Origin: the human T2T-CHM13v2.0 reference genome, Homo sapiens
Assembly: GCF_009914755.1 (NCBI RefSeq)
Contig: NC_060942.1
Length of the DNA: 64,000 nucleotides
Reading direction: 5' to 3' (one strand)
Shown: one piece after another, positions 36,721-52,194 of the stretch
How the letters are laid out: each line of letters opens with the position of its first letter
Position numbering within the stretch: the first letter of the stretch is position 1
The notes under the pieces: model-generated
Told to the model about the DNA's origin: nothing
The model's input: only the letters and a program-made list of their open reading frames with translations
The model's database searches: none
Translations under genes and position numbers: made by a program

Positions 36721-38031
36721 AAAAAGGTAAAATTATGACTCATAAGGATATAAAATGAACACATGTTAAAGATTTTCTTTTACTCATAAAGAAGGTGCCA
36801 GGCAGATGTTATAACTGGATCAAGGGAGAAATTGAAAAACAGACACATTTATAGATCAGGAATATTGAAATGAATGTGCAGATGGAGGTAAAACTGGTTT
36901 CTTCCACAGTGGGGGAGAACTCAGTTGAATCTCTACAAGATAGGACAGAATTTGCACAGCTATAGCTAAAAATGATTTTGCATCCCATCAATTATGTATG
37001 GTTTACAGAGTTGTACAATAGCTCCCATAGAGTCACATAACTCAGAGGGCTGTCTTTAGACAATGCATAGTTTTCCCCTGAAGCCCACATTTTTCCTTGC
37101 AGCAGGTTAACTCCAAGATGCCTGACTTGCACACCAATGTGGATGTTGTGACATTCACTCTACAGGGAATGTAGGGAGAGAGCGCTGAGGAGCTGAGGGA
37201 GAAACAAGGATGATTAATCGACTTGGTCATATTTCGGTAGTGAACACTTCCACCTGATAGGGGGTTGGTTCTGTTATGATTTCAAGGATACAGTGGATCA
37301 GACTCAATGGCTTCAATTTTGGAGAGGCATTGCTTTAAAAGCCTCTCCCTACCGTCAGACACATTTGATATTTATTGAGCACCATTTCTACCGAGGGTTC
37401 TGGGCATGGCACTATGGTACATTCCCAACAGATCTTGCCTGAAAGAAACTTCCAGGGTGGCTGTTGCAAATTTGGAATGCATTTTTCATTAGAAAAAAAA
37501 TGTCACAAATGTGATCATTTTCCCAACCTAACAAAGCTCTTTTTAAATATTCCTCAATATAGGGACAGGTTTTCAAACCAAAAGTTGGAAAACATGAAGT
37601 ATAAATGAATCTTCCATTTATCAAATTATAGAAAAAGATATACAAAATTTTTTAAGTTAAGTTAGTTTTATGACTTCCATGTATCAAAAATAATTAAATT
37701 GATTGAAGCTTAAGGCTGTGGTGGACATTTCAAATCATATAGCTGCTTAGATGGAGAATGCCATTTTAATAGTATATATTGATTTTTTTTTTTTACTAAG
37801 TAAAGCTATATGATGTATTAGTAACTACATATAATTAGAAAATAGGAATACAAGAAGGGAGTGGGAATTGTTTATGCACATTCTGGAAGAAATTCTGGGT
37901 TTCTCAGTCTCTGCACCTCTCCATTCCTCACAGCAAGTGGCATCTGACCCTTACCGGCAAGCCCAGCCCCGCCCTCAGTCAAGGAGACTTAAATAGAGGC
38001 GTTTGGGTCCTTCTAGGTTACCATAAGTTCT

Positions 38032-38664
<633 letters not shown>

Positions 38665-39366
38665 ACCATAAGTTCTGAATCCTGAATCCTGCCACATAAG
38701 CCTGGGCTGCAGAGGAACTGGAGTTCAAGGTCTGTAAACAAGACTTGCCTTGCTCTTGCCAGTCTCCACGTTTCAGCTCAACCCCAGAGATCAGGGCCCT
38801 GCTCCCTGCTGATGCACTTCCCTGAAATCCACAGCCAATCCTGCTGGACTTTGAGTATTGCCTCCCCCATCCTCCTCTGTCATGCTCTGCCTGCCTGTTG
38901 GAACATCCTGACCCCAGGGGTGAGGCCTATCCACCCACCCCATGCTGAGTGCCTGCCAGGACTCTGGTCAACATTCTTTGTATCCTTGAGTTGCTCTGTC
39001 CTGGACAGCACACCAAATCTCAGCCCAACAGCAGCCGCTGGGCTGCCACCACACAGCAATGTCACTCTAGTGGCCATCTGCTAAAGATTGGTTCTGTCCA
39101 ACTGCTTCTCTGCCCACAGTTCACTTTGTCATGTCTGCCTTCACTCTGAAAATCCAGTTAATAGCAATATTGTCTAAATTTACATTAAAATCAAAGTCTG
39201 CCTTTTTTTTTTCCATAGACTCATATACTATGGAAACATCAAGGGACACTGAAAGTCTTTGGTTCAAGTTTGCTTATTCTTTGCCCAAGAGATTTGTTAA
39301 GTTTGACTTTCCACAGTTTATGTTATATAAAAAATGCATTGTTTTGTTTTATAAAAATAATTTTAA

Positions 39367-39650
<284 letters not shown>

Positions 39651-39819
39651 TTTCAGATTGAATATTCACCCTTCTCCCCAACATTAAATATCTGTATTCC
39701 CCTTGTAGGTATATAAGTATGTGTGTATACATGCACATGTGTGTGCTTACTGAATGCTTATTGAAATTAATTACACTGGGGGTATAGTTCCTCTTCTCTT
39801 GATCTTCTTTTTCATAATA

Positions 39820-40050
39820 ACAACAGGTAACACTGACTGAGCCCTTACAATGAGCTATACACTGTGCAAGTGCTTCCCATTAATTCTCATTCAAGCCACC
39901 TAACATAGGGCCTATGAAATCAGCCCTCTGATTAGCTCCAATTGTTGGACGAGAAATCTGTTGCTTAGAGATAAAGCAATTTACCAAGCTTCACAATTCA
40001 TGTGGAGGAGAGCAAGATTAGAATCCAAGTCACTGACTCTGGATTTTCTA
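39820..40050 (-). mobile_element. MIR
   Basis: ACTGAGCCCTTAC..GAAATCTGTTGCTTAGAGATAAAGCAATTTACCAAG..AGATTAGAATCCAAGTC. Confidence 0.7.
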
Positions 40051-40173
40051 AATCTCAACCTCATCTATGCACACCCACCCTTGGCAGGGTGCCTGGCACA
40101 TAGAGGGCTCTCAGTACCTGTTTGTCAAGTAAATAAATGTTTAACCCCTCCCTTATTTAGGATTCAACACTGA

Positions 40174-40539
<366 letters not shown>

Positions 40540-41014
40540 TGAAAAGAAAAGGTAGTTAACGATTTATCTAAGATAGCTTCCATAATTAGAAATTAGAAAC
40601 AATCATTGCATGGCAGAACCAAGTCTGAAACAGACATTTTTTAATATATATAAAACAGTATCACTGACTCTTAATGCTTATCAGCTGTGATAACTCAATC
40701 ATCCTCTTTTGGCTTAGAGAAGACATGATAAAATTGGAGAAAAGGATTTTCTTTCTGAAGTAACTGAGGAAAATTGAAAAGAAAAAGAAAATCAAAGAGG
40801 ACACGTAAACATCCACAGGATTTAATCCTCAGAAGGGATTAAATTCAGATGGGATGCCAAGGAGGAAGTCACTGTTTCCTGCTCAGGTGGTTAAAAATGT
40901 CCTCCCCTTGCCAAAGCAGAGGATGATCACAGGTCATACCAGAGAGTGTGGCTGCCACAAAGAACCTCAGCCCAGAGGACTCAGGTTACTGGGAACCTTC
41001 ATCAGACACCCAAG

Positions 41015-41190
41015 GTAATAGCCAAGGGCTCTGGCCTTGAAACCAGCCCTGCCTGGGTTCAGATTCCATCTCCACTACTTAATAACCACATGACTTTGAT
41101 GGAAAACACTGACACCCATCTTATGAGATTACATCTAAAAAACAGTAAGCAGCATTTCTTAGCATTCAATACACAGTAGCTCTTATGCTT
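41015..41190 (+). mobile_element. MIR
   Basis: GCCTGGGTTCAGATTCCATCTCCACTACTTAATAACCACATGACTTTG. Confidence 0.65.
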
Positions 41191-41952
41191 TTATTAATTA
41201 TGACTATTTACTGATAACACAAAAAGTTTTTAAAACATTTTGAAAAGAAACAAAGCCACCTGTGGAAGTCAATTGACAAAGACCCATTATTCAAAGTGCA
41301 CTGAACATATTTGTTAGAAGCAAACGAAAGGAGTCCCTCGTAAGAGGCCTAAAACCAAGAAACAAATATTCTTATTCAGATGTCCTGAAGCAAGCCAATA
41401 TGGAGCAACCAACCAGCCAAACAAAAATATCCTCAGACCTGGAGGAGGAACAAACTCCAGGCCAAAACCGTTTCTTTGTTGACACAAATTAAGGGGTAAA
41501 GCCAATTCCTTACTGAAAAAGAATTGAAATTTATAATAGAACTCATCTTATATCTTTAATCATTTATCATATATGATATAAAACCTGTAAATAAGCATTA
41601 TTCTAGAGTGGTTTCAGTCATTTTCAAATTATTTGTTTGTATAAGATCTGGAGTTAATAAACCCCTGCAGGTATTTATTCAACCAGAGAAGCTGCCTGTG
41701 GAGCTGACTGGCCTCTCCCAGTCAAGGCCCCGGAGAAGAACGGAAAAACCAGTTCAGCTTATTTCCTACTGGGAGTGAGACAAGTGGCGCAGTCATGGGA
41801 GAAAGGTCACCTAAAGAGAAATTAACTGAACAGTCAGGGCATAAATCAAAGGGGAAAGAGTCACTTTTATACATCCGTCTCCATGATTTTCATGTCCAAT
41901 TTATCAACAAGTTCTCAATTGTTCCACCAAGAGTACTTGAATCCGTCACTCC

Positions 41953-42257
41953 TTTTTTTTTTTTTTTTTTTAAAGACAGGATCTCACTCTGTGGCCCAGG
42001 CTGGAGTGTGGTGGCACTATCACAGTTCATTACAGCCTCAACGTCTCGGACTCAGATGATCCTGCCACCTCAATCTCCCAAGTAGTTGGGAACACAGGTG
42101 AGTACCACCATGCCCAACTAATTTTTTTTCTATTTTTTTATAGAGACAGGATCTTCCTAGGTTGCCCAGGCTGGTCTTGAACCCCTGAACTCAAGCGATC
42201 CACCTACCTTGGGTTCCCAAAGTGTTAGGATTATAGGCTTGACCACCATTCCTGGCC
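41953..42257 (-). mobile_element. AluJ
   Basis: Reverse dimer with T tail, J-type divergence. Confidence 0.9.
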
Positions 42258-42294
42258 CATTGCTCTATGTTCATGGCAAACACCTCTCCTCTCT

Positions 42295-43206
42295 TAGTTC
42301 CCTCAAATCAATTCCCCATTCAACAGCTAGAATGACCCTTTTAAACCTAAATGCATCTCATTGCATTCACTGCTTTGACTCCCAAACCCTTGATGGCCAT
42401 GGGGCTCCTGCTCACTCCTGTCAGTCACTCTCCTTTCAGTTTCTCAAACACGCCACTCCCTTGGGGGCCTTCATACAGCTTGTTCTCTCTCCTTGCTATT
42501 CTTTTCTCCTGCCTTCTAGCCCCAACCCATCTCAAAAGTGATTTATTTATTTAGGTAGGCCACTGCTGACTGCCCTCATTTAATTAGATCTTTCATTTCA
42601 TTTTTCTTTTTCTTTTTCTTTTTTTTTTTTTTTTGGAGACAGAGTCTCACTCTTGTCACCCAAGCTGGAGTGCAATGGCACGATCTCAGGTCACTGCAAC
42701 TCCACCTCCCAGGTTCAAGCGATTCTCCCATCTCAGCCTCCTGAGTAGTTGGGATTATAGGTACCCACCACCACACCTAGCCAACTTTTGTATTTTTAAT
42801 AGAGAAAGGGTTTCACCATGTTGGCCAGGCTGGTCTTGAACTCCTGACCTCAGGTGATCTGCCCGCCTCAGCCTCCCAAAGTGCTGTGATTACAGGTGTG
42901 AGCCACCTCGCCCAGCCTTATTTCTCTTTCTTCATTTATTACCATTTTTAATTTGTGTGTTATATGATGCATATATGTAGGCATGTATGTTATGTTTAGA
43001 TGTATGTATGCATGTGTGTTTATACATACGTGTGTGTATGTCTATGTAAATATTTTAAAATATCTGTCTCTCCTTCAAGACCTGTAAGTTCTAGGCAGGT
43101 AGAAACCATCTATTATGCTTATCACCATATACCCAGCACCTAGCAGAGTACAATATGCCATGAAGGCAGTCAATAAATACATGTTGAACAATTAAATAAA
43201 TGAATG
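42295..43206 (+). mobile_element. L2 3' region interrupted by Alu and TATG-rich repeat
   Basis: CAGCTAGAATGACCCTTTTAAACC..; terminal CCCAGCACCTAGCAGAG..CAATAAATACATGTTGAACAATTAAATAAATGAATG. Confidence 0.65.
42601..42917 (-). mobile_element. AluS (Sq-like)
   Basis: CTCTTGTCACC, TGCAATGG, ACCTCAGGTGATCTGCCCGCC. Confidence 0.92.
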
Positions 43207-45252
43207 TGCATGGTTTACTTGAGAGGGAAGAAGGAAGAGGCAGAGATGTACGATTCATAGTGTAGCCACCAGGATAATGATTTTCCTGGGAGAGGAAAAC
43301 AATATTTAACCAGTTGTCAACAGATGCAGGAAAATTGAAAAGCAGGTATTTTTATTTAAAACAGAAATTCTACACTTTCTTTAACTGTATGGTACACCCC
43401 TCACAAAGACTTAAATGAAGGTATGTCATCACAATTCACAAGTAGAAATTTCTTCTTCTTACAAAGCCACAAGTAGAAACACTCCTTATGCTTCTGAACT
43501 CAAAAGTGAGATGATTTGATGACAAGAACCAAGAATTTGCTGCGGAGAAACAGTGGCATCCTGTTAATTTGTGTGTTTTCTCTGCTTTCCCAGGAACAAT
43601 AGGCTATTTTTGCCTGTACTTGTGAGTGCTAACCTACCACCCTAGATCTCATTCTTTTAACAGTTGGCTTTGTTGCTGATTTGCTTTTCACCCCTTTAAC
43701 TGATAGGCTTGGGAGTAAGCAGAGATAAATACAGGCAGTGTTAAGGATACAGGACTTTGGCCCCCTAAGGTGATAACAAAGACTCCCTTCCAATAAGAAC
43801 CTTAGAAAAGGGAGAATTGTTTCCAAAATCCCTACCCAACTGTTCTATATTCCAGAAGCTATTAATTTTCTCTGCTCTCACCATAGGAAAATGTTTAGTT
43901 TCAAGGGAAACAAGCCATTTAGGCAGTTGCTTAAGGGTGAAACCAAAATAAGTCAGGAAATTTTAATGGAGCCACTAACTGTTCCTCCTGAAATCTAATA
44001 AGGATGGCACTCGGATGGAAATTCAACAGATAGATACTATCGGTGTCAGTCATGGAATGCAATGACATACAGCCTAATGCAATCCAGCATTCTGAGGCCG
44101 GGGGAGAACACTGCCATTTGACAAGGCTTTGGGGGACAGACTTAGAAACAGTTTAAGCAGCAGAGGGCAAGTTAGGTAAGCTGTGTGCACTTGGGCTGTT
44201 GGAATCCAACAATCCAAAGCCATCATCTTCTGTCTTCTTCACATAATGGAGTCTCATAAGGTAGAGGGCTTTGGCCCACCCCTGCCTGATGGAGTGTCCT
44301 CAGCCTGCCGGACTTCTCAACTTGTTTACTGATTCCTTGAGAGTCCAGCCCTGCCCAGGTTCTGAAGGGGTTAGGATCAAAGCAGTAGGGTATGTTCAGA
44401 ATGTGGCATAATAAAAAGCAGTGCAACTTTCTAAAATGTTCCAGTGAAATGAAAAAGAAAATTAAAAATTTAAGCCTCTTAAAATGTAAATGGTGCCAGT
44501 GTGCCTTGCAATTTGAAGACTCTTGCCCATTAAAAAGAAAAAAAAAAATGATGTCCAGAAAGCTGAGTGGTTATGAGATAAAGTACAGAGAATATGAAAA
44601 GTGCTAAGAGAGAAATTAGGCAAGACCTTCATGTTGCTCCCAGTGTGGCATTATCAGCTCATGCCACGACCCTGGGTCTCCCTGTCCTCATTGGATTTAA
44701 TGGCTCTCAAAAGGTTTTGCTGGGCATACTGATGACCCTAAACATCTCTTGAAAAGTGTTATAAGAAGGACTTCTATAAATTCCAGCTACTATTAGTTTA
44801 ATCAATTAAGTCTCAACCCAAAATAGAGGGAGAAGAATGTCATTTTTGTTAGAGTATAATGTTTCAGGACACTTCTACCTGCTTCCCCCAAAAAGGCATA
44901 TGCTAATTTCTCCTATTTGAATGAGATGGGAAACTCTGGATGACCGGGCCACCTTCCATGAATGGTGAACATATGTCTTGTCAGCCTTCGTTCAGCAATT
45001 CTTTCTGGCTATAGCCAGTCTTTGCCATCCACATGGTCTGATCTTACAGAGTAGATGCCCCCATTGTGCTCCCAGAAACCACTAAAAGCATAGCTTAAGT
45101 GTTCCTGCTTTTACTTAGCCCAGTCAGAAGTAAATGCTTCTTCTGATGTAGCCCCATATCCTCTGGGCCGAACGTCTATTTAGCATGCCCTTTACCATGT
45201 TCTCTGCATCTGTGTGTCCTGCTAGGCTAGGGGACCCACGGGACCCAAAATG

Positions 45253-45435
45253 AGGTCTTCTTTAACCTTATATCACTCACATTGACCAGCCTAGTGCCTG
45301 GCACATAATGGGAATTTCATTCAATTTTCCCTTAATTGAATATAATTGACTTTTTTTTTTACATAACTCTTTTGGGTTCTAGACATAACAGCTAAAAACA
45401 ATATTTTGCTGCTTCAGAATTGGAAAACTGGAAAT
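45253..45435 (+). repeat. Donor of the 46332-46518 copy (L2 3' end plus unique flank)
   Basis: AGGTCTTCTTTAACCTTATATC...GGAAAACTGGAAAT occurs twice, 1079 bp apart. Confidence 0.94.
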
Positions 45436-45707
45436 CTGCCACTGAGGTGAGCAGAAATTTCCACCAGGTTATTTTTCTTCTTTGACATTAGGAAAGCAGT
45501 GTTTCCTGACAATACTACTCTCCTATGTGATGAAAGAATCCGAGAGTTGGAACAGGACTGTGCGGGGACAAACAACATTTTTTATTGTGACTTGAAACAA
45601 ATCAAAAGGACTTTTTCAGCCTCCCTAACACAGGTGGCATTCAACTGCTCACATATTTAATGCTGGTATAAACAAGAAAAAAGAAGTGGTTATTTTGTTG
45701 CTTAGAA

Positions 45708-46035
<328 letters not shown>

Positions 46036-46331
46036 TAAATGTTTAAATGATTTCAAACATTCTTATTCATTTAAAAGTAATAAATAGTTGATGAAACTCT
46101 TAAGTAAAAATGAAACTGAAGACTATGTGTAATATAATTCACCATTGTTTATAAACAGAAAAGGTTTGGAAACAGGCAATTATCTATCAGTTAAATAGGA
46201 AAAGGGAGAGGATTATGGATAACTTGTGTTTTCTGATCTATTAACTTTACTTCTGCTTAATAATATTAAAAACTAAAATCATTGAGTACTTACTATGTGC
46301 TAGATAGTGTTTTAAGTACTTTACATTGTCC

Positions 46332-46518
46332 AGGTCTTCTTTAACCTTATATCCCTTACATTGACCAGCCCAGTGCCTGGCACATAATGCGAATTTGATT
46401 AAATTTTCCCTTAATTTAATATAATTGACTTTTTTTTTTTTTAACATAACTCTTTTGGATTCTAGACATAACAGCTAAAAACAATATTTTGCTGCTTCAG
46501 AATTGGAAAACTGGAAAT
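46332..46518 (+). repeat. 187-bp direct copy of 45253-45435
   Basis: Hand alignment gives 8 substitutions plus 4 extra nt at the poly-T. Confidence 0.95.
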
Positions 46519-46654
46519 GAGCCATGGCTCATGCCTGTAATCCCAACACTTTGGGAGGCTGAGGTGGGAGGATCACTTGAGGCGAGGAGTTCAAGACCAG
46601 CCAGGGCAACATAGCAAGACCCCACCTCTATTTTGAAAATTTTCACATTAAAAA
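46519..46654 (+). mobile_element. FLAM_C / Alu left monomer, slightly 5'-truncated
   Basis: TGGCTCATGCCTGTAATCCCAACACTTTGGGAGG..GGCAACATAGCAAGACCCCACCTCT plus degenerate tail. Confidence 0.85.
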
Positions 46655-46940
46655 AAGTATTTTACATGCGTTGACTCTATGAGTTAGGATTTATTATCAT
46701 CCCCATTTTATGAATTGAGACACAAATTGGGTGAGAACTTACCCAAGGTCACCCAGTAGTAAATAGCAGAGCTGTCACCTGACCCCATAGTCTGGTTCCC
46801 AACTTTTAGTCACTATGCTATATTGTCTCATATTCTGTATTGGTCATGTAAGAATATGCCGACTTCCTGAGTTTTAATAATTGCAAATACTTTGGCTGAG
46901 CCGTGTGACCTTGGTTGAGTGATTCAACTTTTCAGGACTA

Positions 46941-47560
46941 TGTAGTATGGAACTTAACCTTGCTCCAAAAGCTGCCTGGACTTTGCCCCTGGCTTCTAGG
47001 AGATAACCTTTATAGGAGTGTTTTTGCTTAGGGTGGGTATTGACCATGCCAGAAAGATAATCATGTGATTTAGGGTGGGAGATTTGGGTCATGCCCAGAG
47101 GGTCTGGGGACTGAAGACTGAGATAGATTCACAATGTGGGTAATCAGTCACTCAATCAATCATGCTCACATAATAGGGCCCCAATAAAAACTCTGAACAC
47201 AAAAGCTCCAGTGAGCTTCCTGGTTGTTACACATGTACTGGGAGGGTAATATTATCCCAGTACTATAGGGAAAGGACAACAGAAACTCTGCATTTGGTAC
47301 CTTCTTGGGTTTTATCCTATACGTCTCTTCCTTTGACTAATCTTAACCATATCCTTTCCCTGTAATAAACCATGACCATGGGCATTCAGGTTATGGTTTC
47401 AGTGAGTTCTGTGAGTTCTTCTAGCAAAGTATTCAAACCAGAGGGTGATGGAAACCTCCTGAACTTGCAGTTGGTGTCAGAAGTAAACAGGCAGTGAATA
47501 GAAGTGAATAGGCAGCCAAAAATGAAACCTTCTCCTGTAACTTTTTTGTTGGCCCTAACT
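46941..47560 (+). mobile_element. MER77/MER68/MER21-group LTR inserted in a MIR
   Basis: TGTAGTATGGAACTTAACCTTGC..CAATCAATCATGC..CCCCAATAAAAACTCTGAAC..GTGAGTTCTGTGAGTTCTTCTAGC..GGTGTCAGAAGT. Confidence 0.75.
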
Positions 47561-48580
47561 CCTCACATTTCCTTAATTTCCTCATCTGTAAAATAACAAT
47601 ATTGAAAAAAAAATAATCCCTAAAGGTTCCCCATAGAACCAAATGCTCTGTCAAGAGTATTTTTATTTTAGCAAAGCTCTCCCAGAGACTAGAAACCCTT
47701 TACTCAAAAGAGCCCATGGTTGGGAGGTGGAGAAACAGGTGAGAATTTGGAATTGAAATTTCTCCTGCATAAATCACACTACTCACACCACTTACAGGTA
47801 AAGGAACTGCACAGGGATGACAGCTGTGATGGGAGGGGATTTGGGGGCAGGAAAATCCTCTTAGTTATGACTCTGTTTCTGTACCTAAATAAATTAGCCA
47901 GAGGGTTCTGTTCTATTGCAGGCTGTTTAGCTCAATGGAGCACACGTGCCCAAAATCCTGTTTCTGTTTCAGCCGCAGAAGTCAGACTCAGCGATATTCC
48001 TGGAAGGCAAAATTGCAATTTGGGACTTTACTTGGGGGCTTTCAGGTCTCACAGTGTCCTCTGATTTGGCCTGCATTCAATTGTCCCTAAACTTTGGGGA
48101 AGCCTCCACAAAGGAGCCTCTCAGCCTGGATGCCTCACTCAACTTTTGATAAAATATTTAAAATAATTTAGGCACAGAAGAAAGTGGTCTTCACAGAATT
48201 GTAGAGACTTTTGTTTTCCCAAGTTGTAATTCACCAAATGCAGGCGGTGGTGGGACCTCACTCAACGCTGCTTTGCCTATTTGCAAAATGAGGACACCTG
48301 TCACTCACTTCAGTCCTGGGTGAAGACCACAGACACCACACTCATCACCCTATGGATTCCAAGGACACTCTGTCATCTTAGTTCATGACAATAGCTTCTG
48401 GCTCATGCCTTAAATAATAATGATAATAATAACACCTACATTAACTTAGTCTTCCAGGCAACATAATCTCATTTCATCCTCACAATGGCTCAACAAATTA
48501 GATACTATTATTTTCTCATTTTGCTCAGAGCAGGAAAATGAGTTTTAAAGGGGTTAAATAATTTACCCCTGGTCATATAA

Positions 48581-48998
48581 TGTGGTAAACAGAATAATGG
48601 CCCTCCACAGACATCCATGTCCTAATTCCTAGAACCAATGAATATATTACCTTACATGGAAAAAGGACTTTGCAATTGTGATTAAGGATCTTGAAAGGGT
48701 GAATCCTGGATTATTCAGGTGGACCCAATGTAATCACAAGGGTTCTTATAAGAGGGAGGCAGGAGAGCGAGGGCGATGATGACAGCAGAGGATGCAGTAA
48801 TGTGAGGAAGGGGCCATAACCCAGGGAGTGCAAGTAGCCGGAGCATGCAAGGCACAGATTGTCTCCTAGAGCCTCCAGAAGGAGCACATCCTTGCTGACA
48901 TCTAAATTTAAGAACTCCAGGACTATAAAATAATCTGTGTTATTTCAAACTATTAAATTTGTGGTAATTTGTTACAGTAGCAAGAAAAAACTGATGCA
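48581..48998 (+). mobile_element. MLT1D MaLR LTR inserted in a MIR
   Basis: TGTGGTAAACAGAATAATGGCCC..GGACTTTGCAATTGTGATTAAGGATCTTGA..GGTAATTTGTTACAGTAGC. Confidence 0.85.
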
Positions 48999-49217
48999 TA
49001 GTTGATTGGAGATTTGAATTTGAAGAGTCTGCCTCCAAAGATTAGTTGTTATCTCTTTATCCCCATGCCAAGTCATCAGTCCCATTAAATCTGGAATCCC
49101 TATTACTGATATTTTCAACGTTCAGTGATTACAGTTCCTCCTCTACAGCTCTAATCACAGGAACTGCAAGTTACAGGAAGACACACAGTTACAGAGTTCT
49201 TCAGTCAGCAGAGCTTA

Positions 49218-49574
<357 letters not shown>

Positions 49575-49801
49575 TCAGTTTCCTCACCTATAAAATTGAG
49601 ACAATAACGGTGTGAGCCTCATGGAGATTTTGAAAGGATTCAATGAAATAGATCACTGAACACAGTGGCTGGCACAGAAAAACATACTGCAAGCATATTA
49701 TTGTTTTAAATTCTATTGGGTGCTTTATGTTACCTTCTAGCCTTTCTATGGAATTTTAACTACAGAATTCCAGGTTTGCACTAGAGAGCACAAAGTTGGT
49801 G

Positions 49802-50088
49802 TTTTTTTTTTTTTTTTTTTTTCTTCTACGAAATGGGATCTCTCTCTCAGCCAGGCTGGAGTACAGTGGCATGATCTTGGCTCACCACAACCTCGATCCT
49901 CCCACCTCAGCCTCTTGTGTAGCTGGGACTACAGGTGTGTGCCACAACACCTGGCTAATTTTTGTATCTTCAGTAGAGACAGGGTTTCACCATGTTGCCC
50001 AGGCAAGTCTTGAACTTCTGGCCTTAAGGGATCCACCTGCGTCAACCTCCCAAAGTGTTGGGATTAGAGGCATGAGCTATACCCAGCC
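49802..50088 (-). mobile_element. AluJ
   Basis: T tail and reverse dimer with internal deletion. Confidence 0.88.
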
Positions 50089-50956
50089 CAAAAAGTTTTC
50101 TAAAGAGAAAAAAATATATTCTTTCATTTTTATATAATGCTTTAGACTTAGCCTCCAGTTTTTCACTGTACGCATGAATTTTCTCCCTCAAAAATAAACT
50201 CTAAGACTTTTTTCAGAAGGACTTTACCGTCTATATCTTTGTGAGTTTAGCTTAATAATGGCTATAGAACCTGCCACTTAATTCAGTCATTCTAGAATCC
50301 AGTCAATTCTTGTGCTTCTGAAATGGGTTCTGATAACTCTTCCAGCTATAAGTGAGTTCAATAATTGTTAACCAGAGTTTGATGTTCAAGCCTAGCTTTG
50401 GCCAAAAGTTAAAGTTTTCTTCAGAGCCTCACTGGGCTTTGGGTGGCCTTCCTATCCACACATGAACACTTTCCACTGTATTTTATAGCAATACCTCCCT
50501 CCTCCCATCTTCTTTGCTATACCTGGTCTCCTTCCCTTTCATGGAAGTGATGGCGATGTGGTAAGCTGCTCCTCCAGGATTCACAGTCAAGCTCTAAACA
50601 GAACACTAGTCAGTGTAGCATTTGCAAAGGTGAAGTGTATCAGAACAAATGGTGTGCTGGGTTGGTGTCCCTGCCGAACTCCTGTCCACCCAGAACCTCA
50701 GAATGTGACCTCATTCGGAAAATAGGGTCTTTGCAGATATAATCAAGGTAAGAATTGAGATGAGATCCTACTGGATTAGGGTGGGCCCTAAATCCAGTAA
50801 GGGTTTTCTGAGAGACAGAAAAAGTATACCCAGTGACACAGAGAAGGCCATATGACAGCAGAAGCAGAGACTGGAGTCAGGCAGCTACAAATTGAGGGAC
50901 TTGCCAGGGTCATCAACAGCCACCAGAAGGTAGGAAGAGGCAAGGAAGGATTCCTC

Positions 50957-51501
50957 TGAAGGGGCTTTCCCTAAGCTTCCCCTTCACCCTCTGCAGATCT
51001 ACTGAAAAACCAACTCACTAAAGGAGATTAATTGGGAACATAGCATACAAATTTATTAATGTGTACACAGGGGAGAACCACTGAGTGATTGTCCCAACAA
51101 CTCAATAGATTTCAGAAGCTTTTATACTGTCTTGAAGTTACAGAAAGAATGGGGGCTTGGATCATGGCAAAACAGGAAATGGGAGAGGAAGAAGAGGAGG
51201 CCTGTCTAGCAAAGGTGGTCTTGTTACATAGATAAAACCTCACAGGTAGCAACCCTCAGAGATCAGAGAGGGTAAATGTTTCTTTCAGATTTTTAAAATT
51301 ATCAGATCCAAGTTAATCTTTCCTAGATCCAGAAAAGGGAAGGCTTTGAAGAAAACCTGGCTGCATCACACGCATTCTCTACAGATGCAAATCTTCCTGA
51401 AAAAAGACAGCTTTGCAGGGTCACTTCCTTATGCAGGACTTCTGTACAGCCCTCTCAAAATATGTCAAATATTTTGGGGTGAAATATTTTTATTTTCTTC
51501 A
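50957..51501 (-). mobile_element. MER4-group ERV1 LTR (LTR48/LTR49/MER65-like)
   Basis: Minus strand starts TGAAGAAAATAAAAATATTTCACCCCAAAATATTTGACATATTTTGAG and ends CCCCTTCA; TSD CCTC/CTTC. Confidence 0.7.
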
Positions 51502-51509
51502 CTTCCTTA

Positions 51510-52194
51510 TGAAACCTGTGAAACAATATAACAGTCAGAAAATTCTGGTCGGGGGAGGGGGGAGATCTGATCTTGCCAACCCCCTCTCTCGCCTTTAGCC
51601 TTCAAGCTGCCAGACATTTAGTTTATAGTTTAAATGATAATACTTCTTCCCTGAAAGTCAATTATCTTTGTAAAGGTAATGAGAGATCACCAGGCTAGGA
51701 GGATAGAGAAGCCTGAATTCTGCTAAGGAATAGACATAAACAACTGCCAGCCATTATTCTGGAGGTCACAAGGTATGCAACTTCACCAATTACTCCAGCA
51801 GATAACATCACTATTATAGAACCTAAGACTGACCTTTGAGATATCTTTTCTGGTTTTTTGCATGTCTGACACCGACGGCTCCACCTGGACCCACCAACCA
51901 CTCCTGTTGGCCTCACCCAGAAGTGATTCAGCACTCAGGATTATTGCCCACACCCCTACGATTGCACCCCCAAGCAATCACCAGCAAGCACCCAATGCCT
52001 AGCCATCCCCACCCCTTCCCCCAAACTACCTTTGAAAAACCCCTAACCTACCAGCCTTCAATGAGATTGATTTGAGTAATAACTCCATCTCCAGTGTGGA
52101 GTGGCCAGCCTCACATCAATTAAACTCTTTCTTTACTGCAATGCTATGGTCTTTGTTTGTGCAGCAGGCAGGAAGAACTCCTCAGGCAGTTACA
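51510..52194 (+). mobile_element. LTR8/MER72-like ERV1 LTR
   Basis: TGAAACC start, TTTAGTTTATAGTTTAAATGATAAT, GAGGTCACAAG, ATTAAACTCTTTCTTTACTGCAAT, GGCAGTTACA end; TSD CTTA/CTTC. Confidence 0.75.

Larger units (their letters stand above)
46278..46820 (-). mobile_element. MIR hosting a composite insertion
   Basis: ATTGAGTACTTACTATGTGC..AAGTACTTTACAT [insert] ..ATCCCCATTTTATGAATTGAG..ACTTACCCAAGGTCACCCAG. Confidence 0.75.

Noticed and set aside
51421-51511. Identical 13-mer TCACTTCCTTATG at 51421 and 51499
   Set aside because: The second copy spans an LTR end, spacer and next LTR start; coincidence cannot be excluded and no mechanism is supported.
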